From Bacillota bacterium (GTDB lineage Bacteria > Bacillota > Proteinivoracia > UBA4975), in contig JBMNFF010000001.1 of assembly GCA_050949165.1 (NCBI GenBank), forward strand, positions 1,059,185 to 1,123,184: a stretch of 64,000 nucleotides of DNA. The letters are read 5' to 3'. Made by a program: the position numbers and the translations under genes. A model generated the notes under the pieces. It worked only from the letters and a program-made list of their open reading frames with translations, ran no database searches and was not told where the DNA came from. Position 1 is the first letter of the stretch. Each line of letters opens with the position of its first letter. Below, in pieces: positions 39,453-50,403 of the stretch.

Positions 39453-39625
39453 AAGCGGTTGCCCCGTGCATCGTAAGATATGGTGGTGATGTCTTCCTCT
39501 TCTTGAACCTGTATCTGACGATCCAACTCATCATAGGTGTAGCTTACCACCGTCCCGTCGGGGTAGCATGAATACAAAGAAAACCCGGTTACCGTTTTAC
39601 TTAGTAGCCGGGTATAAGTTTTGTC
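39419..39625 (-). pseudogene. RHS/YD-repeat protein fragment (no start codon)
   Basis: minus-strand frame translates to ...YPDGTVVSYTYDELDRQIQ...TTISYDARGNRF... (two YD-repeat units) bounded by stops; lies in AT-rich patch. Confidence 0.5.
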
Positions 39626-39904
39626 TTAAAAGATATTTTTGCATCAGCCAGAGAATGCGCAACCTGCGGTTCTAAACTAGCTCTACTGCCTTAAATGAAT
39701 AGCCGGTAAACCTATTCTTTTCGAAAACATCTTTAAACTGCTCGGACACAAAAAACCTTTGCTTATAATCTTTCAAACGAATAATATCAAACCCTAGAAG
39801 TTTTTCCTTCTGCAATACATATTTGATATTTTACAGATGTTAAGCTGGTAGGACCTGCTGATGGCCAAACAGATTGAGGGAGCTTGTGTAAGCTCCCTCG
39901 TTTC

Positions 39905-41023
39905 TTATTCCGCTAATATCTCTACATTGGCCCGGGGCACGGTGACCCGCTGGCCGGTATCCAGGGTGACCTCCAGGACCCGGACCTTGGCCTCGCTCTC
40001 GATTTTCTGCAACTGCACCGGGAGGGCGCTGACCGCCCCCAGGCGGCCAAACCAGGGGGTGCGGATTACCCGGACCCGGGTCCCTATTTCCAGCCCGGTG
40101 GCGGCGGCCTCTGCCTGGACCGCTGCTCCGCCGGGCCGCGCCACCACCACTTCGGGACGCAGTACCCCGGCCCGAATCTGGGTGGTCCCGTTGATGGAGG
40201 CCGTCTCGCCTGCCAGCTTCTGGAAAAGAGCGAAGGTCTTCTCGGCCATGGGTATTTTGCCGAAGCCCTCGGTGACCACCAGGGAAAGGGGAATGTCCTC
40301 GTGGCCGGTGATGGCCACCCCGATTTCATAGCCCAGGTATTCATGGAGGTCCCGGTCCAGGACGCCGCCGCTGACCAGACCCACCACGCCAACTTCGCCG
40401 GCCCGCTGCAGGGCGTCGGCGGTGACCAGGGCTCCGCCTACCAAGATGCGGCCCCGATCCCCGTCCAGGATCTGCCGGGCAGTGAGGGTATCGGTGGGCT
40501 TTTTCACCGCAATGCGCAGCGTGCCGCAGCCTTCACCGCCGATGCCGAAGATGCCCTGAATCAGGGCGGCGGGGGTCTCCACCACCACCCCTTCCCTGGG
40601 CAGGACCTCGGTGACGGTGCCGGAGATATACGCCTTCACTGCCACCGGCGCCGCCGGTTCCCGAATGGTGACCTGGCCGGTTACGGAGGATATGTGCTCA
40701 ATGGTTCCCGTGGCCGGGGACTGGCACTGCCCCCGAAAAAGGCCGAAGAAAGCAGAATAACGGGCGATTACCTCCCCTTCCCGGACGCTGTCTCCTACGG
40801 ACTTGACCATGACCTCATCAATTTCCGAGGGCTCTATATTCAGCTGGTTGGAGACCGCCACCAAGTGGGGGCGGCCGGGAATAAAGGCCTGGGCCACAAT
40901 TGTTTCCGGCTCTACCCTCATGCCCCGCTCGACCAATACCTCCCCCTTCAGGGGCAGGCGCCTGGCCTTGCGGATAATGGTTCCCTCACTGACTGTCAAG
41001 CCTGGCAAATACGCGTCGCTCAT
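39905..41023 (-). CDS. hypothetical protein, last gene of 7-gene operon
   Basis: 372-aa ORF, start overlaps stop of upstream GlmL-like gene; Gly-rich segments, no recognised family. Confidence 0.5.
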   Translation of the reverse strand: MSDAYLPGLTVSEGTIIRKARRLPLKGEVLVERGMRVEPETIVAQAFIPGRPHLVAVSNQLNIEPSEIDEVMVKSVGDSVREGEVIARYSAFFGLFRGQCQSPATGTIEHISSVTGQVTIREPAAPVAVKAYISGTVTEVLPREGVVVETPAALIQGIFGIGGEGCGTLRIAVKKPTDTLTARQILDGDRGRILVGGALVTADALQRAGEVGVVGLVSGGVLDRDLHEYLGYEIGVAITGHEDIPLSLVVTEGFGKIPMAEKTFALFQKLAGETASINGTTQIRAGVLRPEVVVARPGGAAVQAEAAATGLEIGTRVRVIRTPWFGRLGAVSALPVQLQKIESEAKVRVLEVTLDTGQRVTVPRANVEILAE

Positions 41024-42822
41024 AATTTTCCCCCCACCAGCATCGGGTACATTCCCACCTGCTCATACCATTTGAGCAGCTGGCGCACCCGGGTTTTCTC
41101 GTCTTCCGCCAGGAGCAGGGGCCGCCCCCGGCAGTCCAGGAAGAGTCCGCACGCGCCCCCAGCCAATTTCCGGCGCAAGGTGCGGCCCCGGCCGGCGCCA
41201 ATATTGGCTCCCCCCTGGGGATGAAGCTCCACCTGGAAGGGGCCCTCCCCGGAAATTAGCTGGATTTCTCCCCAAGCCACGTCCACAGCGGCACTGCCTT
41301 TGTCCCACTTGACGGCGCCGCGAATTGCCCGCTCGCCAATTCGGCCCCTGCCTGCGGGCGCCACTACGGTGCCCAGGTAAATGAGGCAGTCCTTCTCGAA
41401 GACCTGGGTGGCTCCCTGGGGATGAATCTCCGAAAGCACACCCAACTGGGGCATCATGAAGATGCTATCCACCGCCAGCCGGGTCACCCCCTGGGGCTGG
41501 AAGGCGTCCACCATCATCATGGCGCTCTGGACCCGGCGCGGGGCGTGGGAAAGGGCGCCGCCGCTGCCCACCAAGAGATCCAGCTCCAGCATGTCGATGA
41601 AGGTTTCCTCGCCGCTGGTCTGTTGGAAGGCATCGCCGATGGAGCGCTGGCGCTGTACTCCCCGGAGCCCCACCGCCAGGGTCTTGTGATGGGCAAAGGC
41701 CAGCCCCAAGGCCTCCCGGGCGATGGCCTGCTCGATTAAGAGGTCCTCCAGGGTGTGGGGAATGGTGGTGGGGCGGATCATCTTGTTGCGGATGCGGTTC
41801 TTCAGCTCCGCCGGGGCGATGCTGAAGGGCAGCCAGCGCAGAATATTGTCTATCCCCGTTTCCACCAGCACATTGCACACGCTGTAACTCATGCCCAAAT
41901 TGGCGCTGACGGTGCGGTTAAAGATCCCCGCAAACATGGAGAACACGTCGGTGGTAGCGCCGCCGATATCCACGCCGATGACATTGATTCCGTTTTCCCT
42001 GGCCACCGTCTGGATAATCTTGCCCACCGCCGCCGGCGTAGGCATGATGGGGGCATGGGTCCAGTCCAGCAGCTTTTTATAGCCCGGGGCCTGGGCCATG
42101 ACATGCTCCATGAAGAGATTGTGGATTTCCTCCCGGGCAGGACCCAGCTCCTCCTTCTCCAGCACCGGCCGGATATTGGGGAGAAAGCGCAGGTCTGTCT
42201 TATCCCGCAGGAGTTCTCCCACCTGGGGTTGGGCATGGGTGTTGCCGCAGTAGATTACCGGCAAATTGTAGCCGCTGCCCAGACGAGGCCGGGGATCCGA
42301 GGCGGCGAGGATTTCCGCTATCTCCACCACATGGGAGACGGTGCCCCCGTCGATGCCCCCCGCCACCAGAACCATGTCGGGGCGGAGCTGGCGGATGCGC
42401 TCGATCTTCTGGTAAGCCAGGCGTCCATCGTCCACGGCAATGGTGTCCATGACGATGGCCCCGGCCCCCAGGGCCGCCCGCTGGGCGCTCTCGGCGGTCA
42501 TCTTCTTGACCACCCCGGCCACCATCATCTGGAGGCCGCCCCCGGCGCTGCTGGTGGCCAGGAACAAGTCCACGCCCCGCTCATCCCGGGCGGGAGTGAT
42601 GATGCCTCGGGAATCCATAAATACGCGTCCCGTCAATTCCTCCACTTCCCGGATGGCATTCCTGACCCCCATGGTCACATCTTCAAAGGGCTTTTCCACC
42701 GTGGTGGGAGCTTCGCCTCGCACCTGCAGACGGTACTCCCCCTGGACCAGTTCAATGAGTATTGCCTTGGTGGTGGTGCTTCCACAGTCCACAGCCAGGA
42801 TTACCTGAACAGGTTTATTCAA
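41020..42822 (-). CDS. GlmL/MutL-family protein (ASKHA-fold ATPase-like), long form
   Basis: motifs shared with glutamate mutase accessory protein GlmL as recalled: DCGSTTTK, SSAGGGLQM, QRAALGAGA, GGIDGG, EPAREEI, IMPTPAAV, VDIGGATTD; about 130-aa C-terminal extension. Confidence 0.7.
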   Translation of the reverse strand: MNKPVQVILAVDCGSTTTKAILIELVQGEYRLQVRGEAPTTVEKPFEDVTMGVRNAIREVEELTGRVFMDSRGIITPARDERGVDLFLATSSAGGGLQMMVAGVVKKMTAESAQRAALGAGAIVMDTIAVDDGRLAYQKIERIRQLRPDMVLVAGGIDGGTVSHVVEIAEILAASDPRPRLGSGYNLPVIYCGNTHAQPQVGELLRDKTDLRFLPNIRPVLEKEELGPAREEIHNLFMEHVMAQAPGYKKLLDWTHAPIMPTPAAVGKIIQTVARENGINVIGVDIGGATTDVFSMFAGIFNRTVSANLGMSYSVCNVLVETGIDNILRWLPFSIAPAELKNRIRNKMIRPTTIPHTLEDLLIEQAIAREALGLAFAHHKTLAVGLRGVQRQRSIGDAFQQTSGEETFIDMLELDLLVGSGGALSHAPRRVQSAMMMVDAFQPQGVTRLAVDSIFMMPQLGVLSEIHPQGATQVFEKDCLIYLGTVVAPAGRGRIGERAIRGAVKWDKGSAAVDVAWGEIQLISGEGPFQVELHPQGGANIGAGRGRTLRRKLAGGACGLFLDCRGRPLLLAEDEKTRVRQLLKWYEQVGMYPMLVGGKL

Positions 42823-42872
42823 ATCTTACCACCTCCCAGAGTTAAGGGCCCGCCGGAGCGGGCCCGTTCAGC

Positions 42873-43502
42873 TTATAGAATCGACAGCCACTCACCCAGC
42901 AGGAAGTAGATCCTGCCTACCAGCAAGGACATTCGGGCCATGACGGTGTTGCCGAAAGACGCTCCGAAGGCGATCATCATCACCCACTTGCCGATGCTGG
43001 CACCGACCTTCAAGGGGCCCTTCTGCTCCCGGGAGAAGTAGAAATAGATTAGAGTCCCCAACACACCCAGGATAAAGAGCAGGGAGTCGATGCCGAACTT
43101 GGACATCACGCCCCAGAGGGGCAGGGCCATGGTGGAGGTAATCTGGCTCATAAAGGAAGCCCCGATTACGCCCCGGATGGCCAGGGCACTGCCGACCCCG
43201 ACGACAAAGCCCAGGGGAATACGACTGATCCACTTCCCCGTCTTTAAGAAGCGGGTGTAGAGGAGCACGCCCAGGACCAGGGGCACGATCATAATCCACT
43301 GGCGGGGCTCACCCTCGGCCGGATTGACGAGCGGATTCCACGCGTTGGTGACTATGGACTGGTAACCATAAAAGATGCCGATCCCCGCCGCTAACCCGAT
43401 AAACAGGTGTTCAGCAGTGCGGTAAAAGGGGTTTTCTCGGAGCAGGTAGCTGAGAATAGCCAAAGTGCAGAGGGCGCCTATCCAAATTCCCAAGGTTTCC
43501 AT
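42873..43502 (-). CDS. polytopic membrane protein, unknown function
   Basis: 209 aa, 5-6 hydrophobic helices. Confidence 0.5.
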   Translation of the reverse strand: METLGIWIGALCTLAILSYLLRENPFYRTAEHLFIGLAAGIGIFYGYQSIVTNAWNPLVNPAEGEPRQWIMIVPLVLGVLLYTRFLKTGKWISRIPLGFVVGVGSALAIRGVIGASFMSQITSTMALPLWGVMSKFGIDSLLFILGVLGTLIYFYFSREQKGPLKVGASIGKWVMMIAFGASFGNTVMARMSLLVGRIYFLLGEWLSIL

Positions 43503-43536
43503 AATTTCACCTCCTTGCAGCTCTTTTCAATCCGGA

Positions 43537-44373
43537 CTAATCCTTCTTCTTCCTGCCCACGGCGACATAGGCGATGTTGCCGATGAGGATCAGGGCAATT
43601 ATCACCAGGTGGGAAATGGACTGGGCATCCATTCCGCCCAGACCCAGCCCCGGCCGGTCCACCAAGACCTCGTACTGAGCGGCGCCGCTCATACCCGCCA
43701 GCAGGCCCACCAGGTCTCCCGACTGGAGATAGGGGAGCATGCCGGGAACGGAAACGGCAGTGACGCCACCGGTGATGGTGACGGGATACTGAGAACCGAT
43801 CTGCTCGATATAGGTCCGAAGACCGGGATCACCGGCAGAAAGGCAGATAATCAAGTCTATGTCCTCGATGGTCTTGATATCCTTCATCATGGGGATGCTG
43901 CCCGTCCGGGTCCGGGTGACGTCCTCGGGGAAGGTGGCGTGGATATCCCGGGCCAGGGAATTGAGGACCACGGCCTGCCCCGGGCGATAGCCCAGGTTGA
44001 CATAGTCTTCGCCGTACACCGCCTCCAGTTCGGGAGCGACGGCATTGTGGACCCTGTCGGCAAAGGTGGCGCCCTGGTTCCATAGGGCCACGGCCACTAA
44101 CTTGTGCTTCTTTTCCAGGATGTGCCTGGTCACGGCTTCGGCCTGAGGCAGGAGCTCCGGAGCGCTGGCGGCATCCCAGTCATAGGACAGCAACACCACC
44201 GAACCGGCGGGCAGCCTATCCACCAGGTCATACACCGCCTGGGTGTTTGCGGTGATGTCAACTGGGAGTCCCAATGGGAAGAGCAGGGGCAGGACGATGG
44301 ACAGGAACAGGAGCAGGTAGATAATCCGCCGGTCGATGGTCTGCAGTTTTTCCAACCACTTCACTGATTTCAC
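43537..44373 (-). CDS. bitopic membrane protein with extracytoplasmic domain, unknown function
   Basis: N-terminal and C-terminal TM helices flanking about 200-aa soluble domain. Confidence 0.5.
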   Translation of the reverse strand: MKSVKWLEKLQTIDRRIIYLLLFLSIVLPLLFPLGLPVDITANTQAVYDLVDRLPAGSVVLLSYDWDAASAPELLPQAEAVTRHILEKKHKLVAVALWNQGATFADRVHNAVAPELEAVYGEDYVNLGYRPGQAVVLNSLARDIHATFPEDVTRTRTGSIPMMKDIKTIEDIDLIICLSAGDPGLRTYIEQIGSQYPVTITGGVTAVSVPGMLPYLQSGDLVGLLAGMSGAAQYEVLVDRPGLGLGGMDAQSISHLVIIALILIGNIAYVAVGRKKKD

Positions 44374-44402
44374 CTCCCTGTATGCATATTAATCCGGGGC
44401 GG

Positions 44403-45032
44403 CTACTGCCCGCCAAAATACGATCTGTCGATGCCAAAGATTACCCGCAGGGCCGTCACTATAGCGCCCAGGGAGGCGCCGATCATGATTCCCCGCATGC
44501 CGGCGGTGGTAAACACCGTCTGCAGCCAGCCCGAGTATTCGGGAAAGCCGCTCCATATTTTCGCTCCCACCGGAGTCGCTCCCAACATCACCACCACGGC
44601 GGAAATCAGGAGCACTGTGGCCTCCTTGGTCCTGATCCGGAAGGCCCTGTACGCAGCCGAAGCGATATAGAAGGCCAACAGGGCAAACATCGTCCCGTTG
44701 AGATGCTCAAAGATATTGCTGAACAGGTACTGGTAAACGGCGTTCTGCTGGGTCCAGATAATGGGGATTACGGCCATGACCACCATAGCCACCAGCAGGA
44801 TCAGGCTGTTCCACCATTCCTTCTTGCGCTTGACAATCCTCTGCACGTGAATCCGCAGGAGATTGGCTGCCCCCAGCAAGAGGGCAAAGGCGGCGATGAC
44901 TATTGCCCATTCCAGGAAGTGACCAACCACATATTCGGAGAGGAAGGGAATCTTGACAAAGTAGTCCAACAAGAACAGGATGCCCGCCACAAAGGTAATG
45001 GCAATTGGAACTTCGCGACGCACTTCTTTCAC
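44403..45032 (-). CDS. polytopic membrane protein, unknown function
   Basis: 209 aa, same length and similar hydropathy pattern as 42873-43502 product. Confidence 0.5.
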   Translation of the reverse strand: MKEVRREVPIAITFVAGILFLLDYFVKIPFLSEYVVGHFLEWAIVIAAFALLLGAANLLRIHVQRIVKRKKEWWNSLILLVAMVVMAVIPIIWTQQNAVYQYLFSNIFEHLNGTMFALLAFYIASAAYRAFRIRTKEATVLLISAVVVMLGATPVGAKIWSGFPEYSGWLQTVFTTAGMRGIMIGASLGAIVTALRVIFGIDRSYFGGQ

Positions 45033-45089
45033 CTCCTCTTCTTCCAGATGTCTGCGGGAACCGCTTTCCCGCAGGGACTTTTCAGCTCA

Positions 45090-45887
45090 TCATGACGAGA
45101 ACTTGACCAGGAAGTCGCAGATTACCGGCCAGTTGAAGGTGGTGGTGATGGTGCCCACCACGATCAGGATGATGGCAGCGATCTTGCCCAGGTCCTGGAC
45201 CTTGATTCCTGCAACCTGCATGGGATCCTGGGAAAGATAGGCGCCGGCGGCAAAGAGCTCTTCTCCAATCAGGCAGTAATCGCAGGCGGCAATGAAGAAG
45301 GGAAGCTGATGGGTATTGGCAGTGCCCGCCACCTGGATGGAGCCCGACACAAAGCCGCCCTCGGCAAAGATCAGGGATTCCGCCCAGAATGCTCCCATCA
45401 TGATGTTGGCGGCCACCTTTTCCCGGGCCATGATCCCCATACATCCGGCGGCATAGGCGAATTGCTCGTCGGACAGGAAGCGGATATTATCGGGGTTATA
45501 GGACTCCGGCTTGCCCTCGGTGAGGTAGCTCTGGCGCACCACCTCCTCGCTGATAGGCAGGACCTCGGGCATCCTGTTGGTGACGATAAGATCGGTGTCG
45601 TACTTGGCCGTCAGCCGGGACACATAGCCCAGGACCGCCAGCCCTGCCAGGGTTTGGGCTGCCGTCTCTTCGCTGAGGGCGGCGATGCCGGGGCTGAAGT
45701 GCACCGGGCGCCCCATCTCGGTGGCCCGGCCTACAGCTTCATCAATGGCCTCCAGACCGCTGATGCGGCGGATAAAGAACTTCTTGCCCTTTTTGGCCTG
45801 CTTGATGGTGATGAGCAGCACCACGGCAATCAGCAGGGCAAACACCAAGAGCGCCAAGCGATTGACCACAAAGATCTCTTCTAACAC
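45090..45887 (-). CDS. membrane protein, unknown function
   Basis: 265 aa with N- and C-terminal hydrophobic helices. Confidence 0.5.
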   Translation of the reverse strand: MLEEIFVVNRLALLVFALLIAVVLLITIKQAKKGKKFFIRRISGLEAIDEAVGRATEMGRPVHFSPGIAALSEETAAQTLAGLAVLGYVSRLTAKYDTDLIVTNRMPEVLPISEEVVRQSYLTEGKPESYNPDNIRFLSDEQFAYAAGCMGIMAREKVAANIMMGAFWAESLIFAEGGFVSGSIQVAGTANTHQLPFFIAACDYCLIGEELFAAGAYLSQDPMQVAGIKVQDLGKIAAIILIVVGTITTTFNWPVICDFLVKFSS

Positions 45888-46174
45888 TGGGTTTTCACCT
45901 CCTTGCCTTTGTTTCTATCCAACTCCTCGAGCCGGGAGATCAGCCTCTCCACCTGCTCCCGGTCGCCGATGAGGTTGGCGAAGTCCTCGGTATTGGCCTC
46001 GCCGAAGATCCAGTCCAGCCCTGGCGCCGCAATCTGGATCAGGGCGCCGCCAACACCAGCCAGGGGCTTGTGCATTTCCAGAAACATTATTGCGGGAATG
46101 GTCAGACCATGGCGGTTGATGCGTTGGGCGATTCTTTCCGTCAGCTGATTCAGGCGTTCTTCCATACAATTCAC
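45881..46174 (-). CDS. small protein with one hydrophobic segment, first gene of operon
   Basis: 97-aa ORF overlapping next gene by 7 nt; start codon uncertain. Confidence 0.4.
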   Translation of the reverse strand: MNCMEERLNQLTERIAQRINRHGLTIPAIMFLEMHKPLAGVGGALIQIAAPGLDWIFGEANTEDFANLIGDREQVERLISRLEELDRNKGKEVKTQC

Positions 46175-46412
46175 CTCATGGGATTACTGGTAAAATATAT
46201 TGAAGAGGTGTGATAAAAATGCCTAATCGAAGAAAACCCCTGGGACAAAGCCAGGGAAAACACCCTTGCCAAGCCCCAGGGGACAAGCAATGCGCGGATA
46301 TTACGATTTAAGCACCCAATCCACCCTTATTTATTATTTTCTTCACATGGTCCACTCCGCCAATATGTGGTATATTACCAGTAATATTTTAAGTCATAGG
46401 GAGTTGCATGAT

Positions 46413-47182
<770 letters not shown>

Positions 47183-47186
<4 letters not shown>

Positions 47187-49036
47187 AAATTCAGGCGCCC
47201 CCTCCCCTGACCCAAGCTCCGCCCCCCCGCGGCTTCTGGCAGGATTTTCGCCTCCTCGCCGCCACCCAGTTGCGCCTGACCTGGAACAAGCTCAGGCATT
47301 GGCCGGCCAAGATCTGGATTCTCATCATCATATCCAGCCTGGGCTTTCTGGGAATGCTGACGGGTTTAGGATTTTTGGCCTTCGGCGCCTTTGCCCAACT
47401 CTCGCCTGACACCGCCCAAGGCTTTTTGTCCCTGCTCTTTATGGTTGGCGTTGCCGCCGAGATGTTCTTCGGCATTACCGCGGCCTTCACCACCCTGTAC
47501 ATGTCCGAGGATCTGGAGTTGCTCTTCGTAGCCCCCATCTCCACCCGGGCGGTATTTGCCGTAAAAACCTTGGTGATAGCCTTCAGCAACCTCCTGGCCA
47601 CCACAGTCTTAATAGTCCTGCCCGGCCTTTTTTACGGCCTGCTCTTCAAGGCCTCCCTGGCCTTTTTCCTCTGGCTGCCGGTGATTGCCCTGGCCCTGCT
47701 GGCCATCGGCACCGCCCTGGCCGAGCTCTTAAACATGGTGGTCATGCGCATCGTCCCGCCCCACCGCAGCAAGGAAGCGGTAGGCGTCATCGGGGCTGTA
47801 TCGGGAATCCTCATCGCCATAGTCTTTCAAATTCCCAACCTGCTCCTGAGCAATCAGGCAAATATAAATCTGGACCAGTGGCTGGCCGCCCAGGAACAGC
47901 TGCTGCATGTCATGAACTACTTCCCCTGGGGGTGGAGCGCCCAGGCCCTGATTGAGGCCAGCGCAGGCCGATACTTGCCTGCCCTGGGCTGGACCCTGTT
48001 GGTCCTGGCCCTGGGAGCGGGAATCTTTACCCTGGCCTTCCTCCTGGTGGAGCGAGGCTTTCGCCGGGGTTGGATCTCCTTGAGCCAGGGTGGTGGTCGC
48101 CGCCGCAAGGACCGGCAAACTAAGGAGGAGCAAACCCAGGCCCGGAAAAGGCGCGGGGAAATCCCCGTCCTTCCCCAAACTCAGCCCTGGCCTCTGACCT
48201 CACCCTGGAACGGGATGTGGGCGGTGGCCAGGAAGGACCTGCTCTACATGAAGCGGGATACCAGGGAATGGTTCGGCTACCTGACCCCTCTCCTGTTGAT
48301 GTTCTTTTTCACCGCCCGGGTCCTCTTCTTTCCCGGGCCTGGCGCCGAGCAGAGCCTGGTTATGGTCCTGATTATGTACACCATCATGTTCAGCGGCAAC
48401 ATTGCCCTGCAATCCTTTGGCAGGGAAGGTGAATCGGACTGGCTCCTGAACAGCGTGCCCCTGGCCGGATGGCCGGTGGTGTGGGGCAAGCTCATAGGCT
48501 CCGTCTTGCCTACCCTGGTCCTGATGGAGGCGCTCCTCACCGGCACCGGCCTGGCCATAGGCCTTCCTCCCAACATCCTGGTGGCCATGGCCGTGGGGGC
48601 AGCCCTGATCTCGGTGGGCTCCAGCGCCATCGGTCTCTACTACTCGGTGAATAACTGCCGCTACAATCCCGACGCCCCCCAGCAGAGAATTGCCCCCGGC
48701 GCCACCCTGCTGATGTACCTGGTCAACCTCCTTTTCATCGGCGTGCTGGCACTTTGCCTGGTCTATACCTTCCCGCCCCAGGGATTGCTGGCCTTTGTCG
48801 GGGAACTGCCGCCGGCGCCCTTTGTCTGGGGATTCCCAGAAACCTTGATCTATTTACTTTTCCTCATCCTGGCTCCCTTGCGCTGGCCGCCTGCGGCGCG
48901 CATAGGCTTAGGCTTGCTCTTCACCTTGTCCCTCTGGCTGGCTGTGTTCTTCAGCTTCATGAAGGCCACCGTCCGGCAAAGCCTTAAGGGCCTAAGGGTA
49001 GAGCTGGTTACAAGCACAGGCAAGAAAAGGAAATAA
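47183..49036 (+). CDS. large polytopic membrane protein, putative ABC exporter permease
   Basis: 617 aa, about 12 TM helices with a basic cytoplasmic loop; GTG start overlaps ATPase stop. Confidence 0.55.
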
Positions 49037-49068
49037 AATAATAAAGACCGCCGCAGCGGTCTTTATTA

Positions 49069-49563
49069 TTATTCAACAATCCTGAAGGCCTTGGCGCCTG
49101 CTCCGCAAATGGGGCACTTGTCCACCGGGGCCAGCTCGATATTGCCGCACACCGTACACAGGTGGAAGGTCAGTTCTTCTTGGGAATCCAGGTTATCCAA
49201 AAGCCTCTGGTAGAGGCCGGCGTGGACCCGCTCGGCTTCCATGGCAAATCTGAAGGAGCGGGCAGCTTCCTTTTCCCCGGCTTCTTCGGCACGCTTGACC
49301 ATGTCGGGGTACATGCTCTCGTATTCATAGGTCTCGCCGGCCACACCTTCCTTGAGGTTCTCGGCGGTGCTCCCAATTCCCTTCATGGCCCGCAGATGAG
49401 AATGGGCATGTATTGTCTCTGCCTCGGCGGCAGCCCGGAACATTTTGGCGGCGTTCTTATACCCCTCCTGCTCCGCCTTGGCAGCAAAAGCCAAGTACTT
49501 GCGGTTTGCCTGGGCCTCTCCGGCAAAGGCCTCCTTTAAGTTCTGCAAAGTCTTCTCATCCAT
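49069..49563 (-). CDS. rubrerythrin (ferritin-like diiron domain plus C-terminal rubredoxin-like CxxC...CxxC)
   Basis: ExxH diiron motifs and CTVCGN...CPICG; start at MDEKTL with AAGGAGG RBS. Confidence 0.85.
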   Translation of the reverse strand: MDEKTLQNLKEAFAGEAQANRKYLAFAAKAEQEGYKNAAKMFRAAAEAETIHAHSHLRAMKGIGSTAENLKEGVAGETYEYESMYPDMVKRAEEAGEKEAARSFRFAMEAERVHAGLYQRLLDNLDSQEELTFHLCTVCGNIELAPVDKCPICGAGAKAFRIVE

Positions 49564-49581
49564 TATTGGCATCCTCCTTAT

Positions 49582-49596
49582 CAGTAATGATTACTG
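49582..49596. promoter_or_regulatory. 7-1-7 palindrome CAGTAAT-G-ATTACTG, Fur/PerR-family-like box
   Basis: perfect dyad immediately upstream of rubrerythrin RBS in divergent promoter region. Confidence 0.45.
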
Positions 49597-49677
49597 CTTA
49601 ACTATACACCATGGGCGCCCTGCTGTCAAGAAAATATCTTGCATGGCGCCGGCCAATTGGCTATGCTCTATTAAGAG

Positions 49678-50364
49678 GTGATTGCCGTGCACAAATGCCC
49701 CTGCAATAACACATGCGCGTCCCGGGTTCCTATCTTCCAGGGGCTCACTCCCCATGAGTTGGGCCGCTTCAACGATATCCTCACCACCAGAGAATATCCC
49801 GATAGCGAGATAATATACACCCAGGACAGTCCAGCCCAGGTTCTCTGTATCGTCAATTCGGGAGCGGTCAAGCTGTTTAAGACCTCTCCCGAAGGCAAGG
49901 AACAGGTCCTGCGCATCCTGAGTCCCGGGGATTTCTTCGGGGAAGCGGTGCTCTTCAGCCAGCAAACCCGGACCAGCTCGGCCCAGGCCCTGGGCCCCAC
50001 CAAGATCTGCCAGTTGGACAAGTCCCAGGCCGAAGAGATCATCCAGCGCCATCCGGAAATCGCCCGCAAGCTCATTGCCGCCCTCAACCTCCGCCTCGCC
50101 CAGGCCGAGGAGCAGATAGAATACCTGGGGACCCGCACCACCCTGCAGCGGGTGGCCCGCCTGGTGGTGGACCTGGCCCGGGAGCAAGGGGACAAAATCG
50201 TCACCCTCCCCCTGAGCCGGGAGGGCCTGGCCAGCCTCACCGGCATGACGGTGGAAAACTTCAGCCGCAAACTCAGCGAGCTCACCGAGCAGGGACTGAT
50301 CACTCCCCAAGGGCGCAGAAAGTTAGTTATAAAGGACTTGGAGAGCTTGGAGAAGCTGACATAA
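49678..50364 (+). CDS. Crp/Fnr-family transcriptional regulator
   Basis: N-terminal Cys cluster (CPCNNTC), cNMP-binding-like fold, C-terminal HTH (REGLASLTGMTVENFSRKL). Confidence 0.8.
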   Translation: MIAVHKCPCNNTCASRVPIFQGLTPHELGRFNDILTTREYPDSEIIYTQDSPAQVLCIVNSGAVKLFKTSPEGKEQVLRILSPGDFFGEAVLFSQQTRTSSAQALGPTKICQLDKSQAEEIIQRHPEIARKLIAALNLRLAQAEEQIEYLGTRTTLQRVARLVVDLAREQGDKIVTLPLSREGLASLTGMTVENFSRKLSELTEQGLITPQGRRKLVIKDLESLEKLT

Positions 50365-50403
50365 AAAAAGAACAGGTCAATCTTCTAAGGATTGGCCTGT
50401 TCT

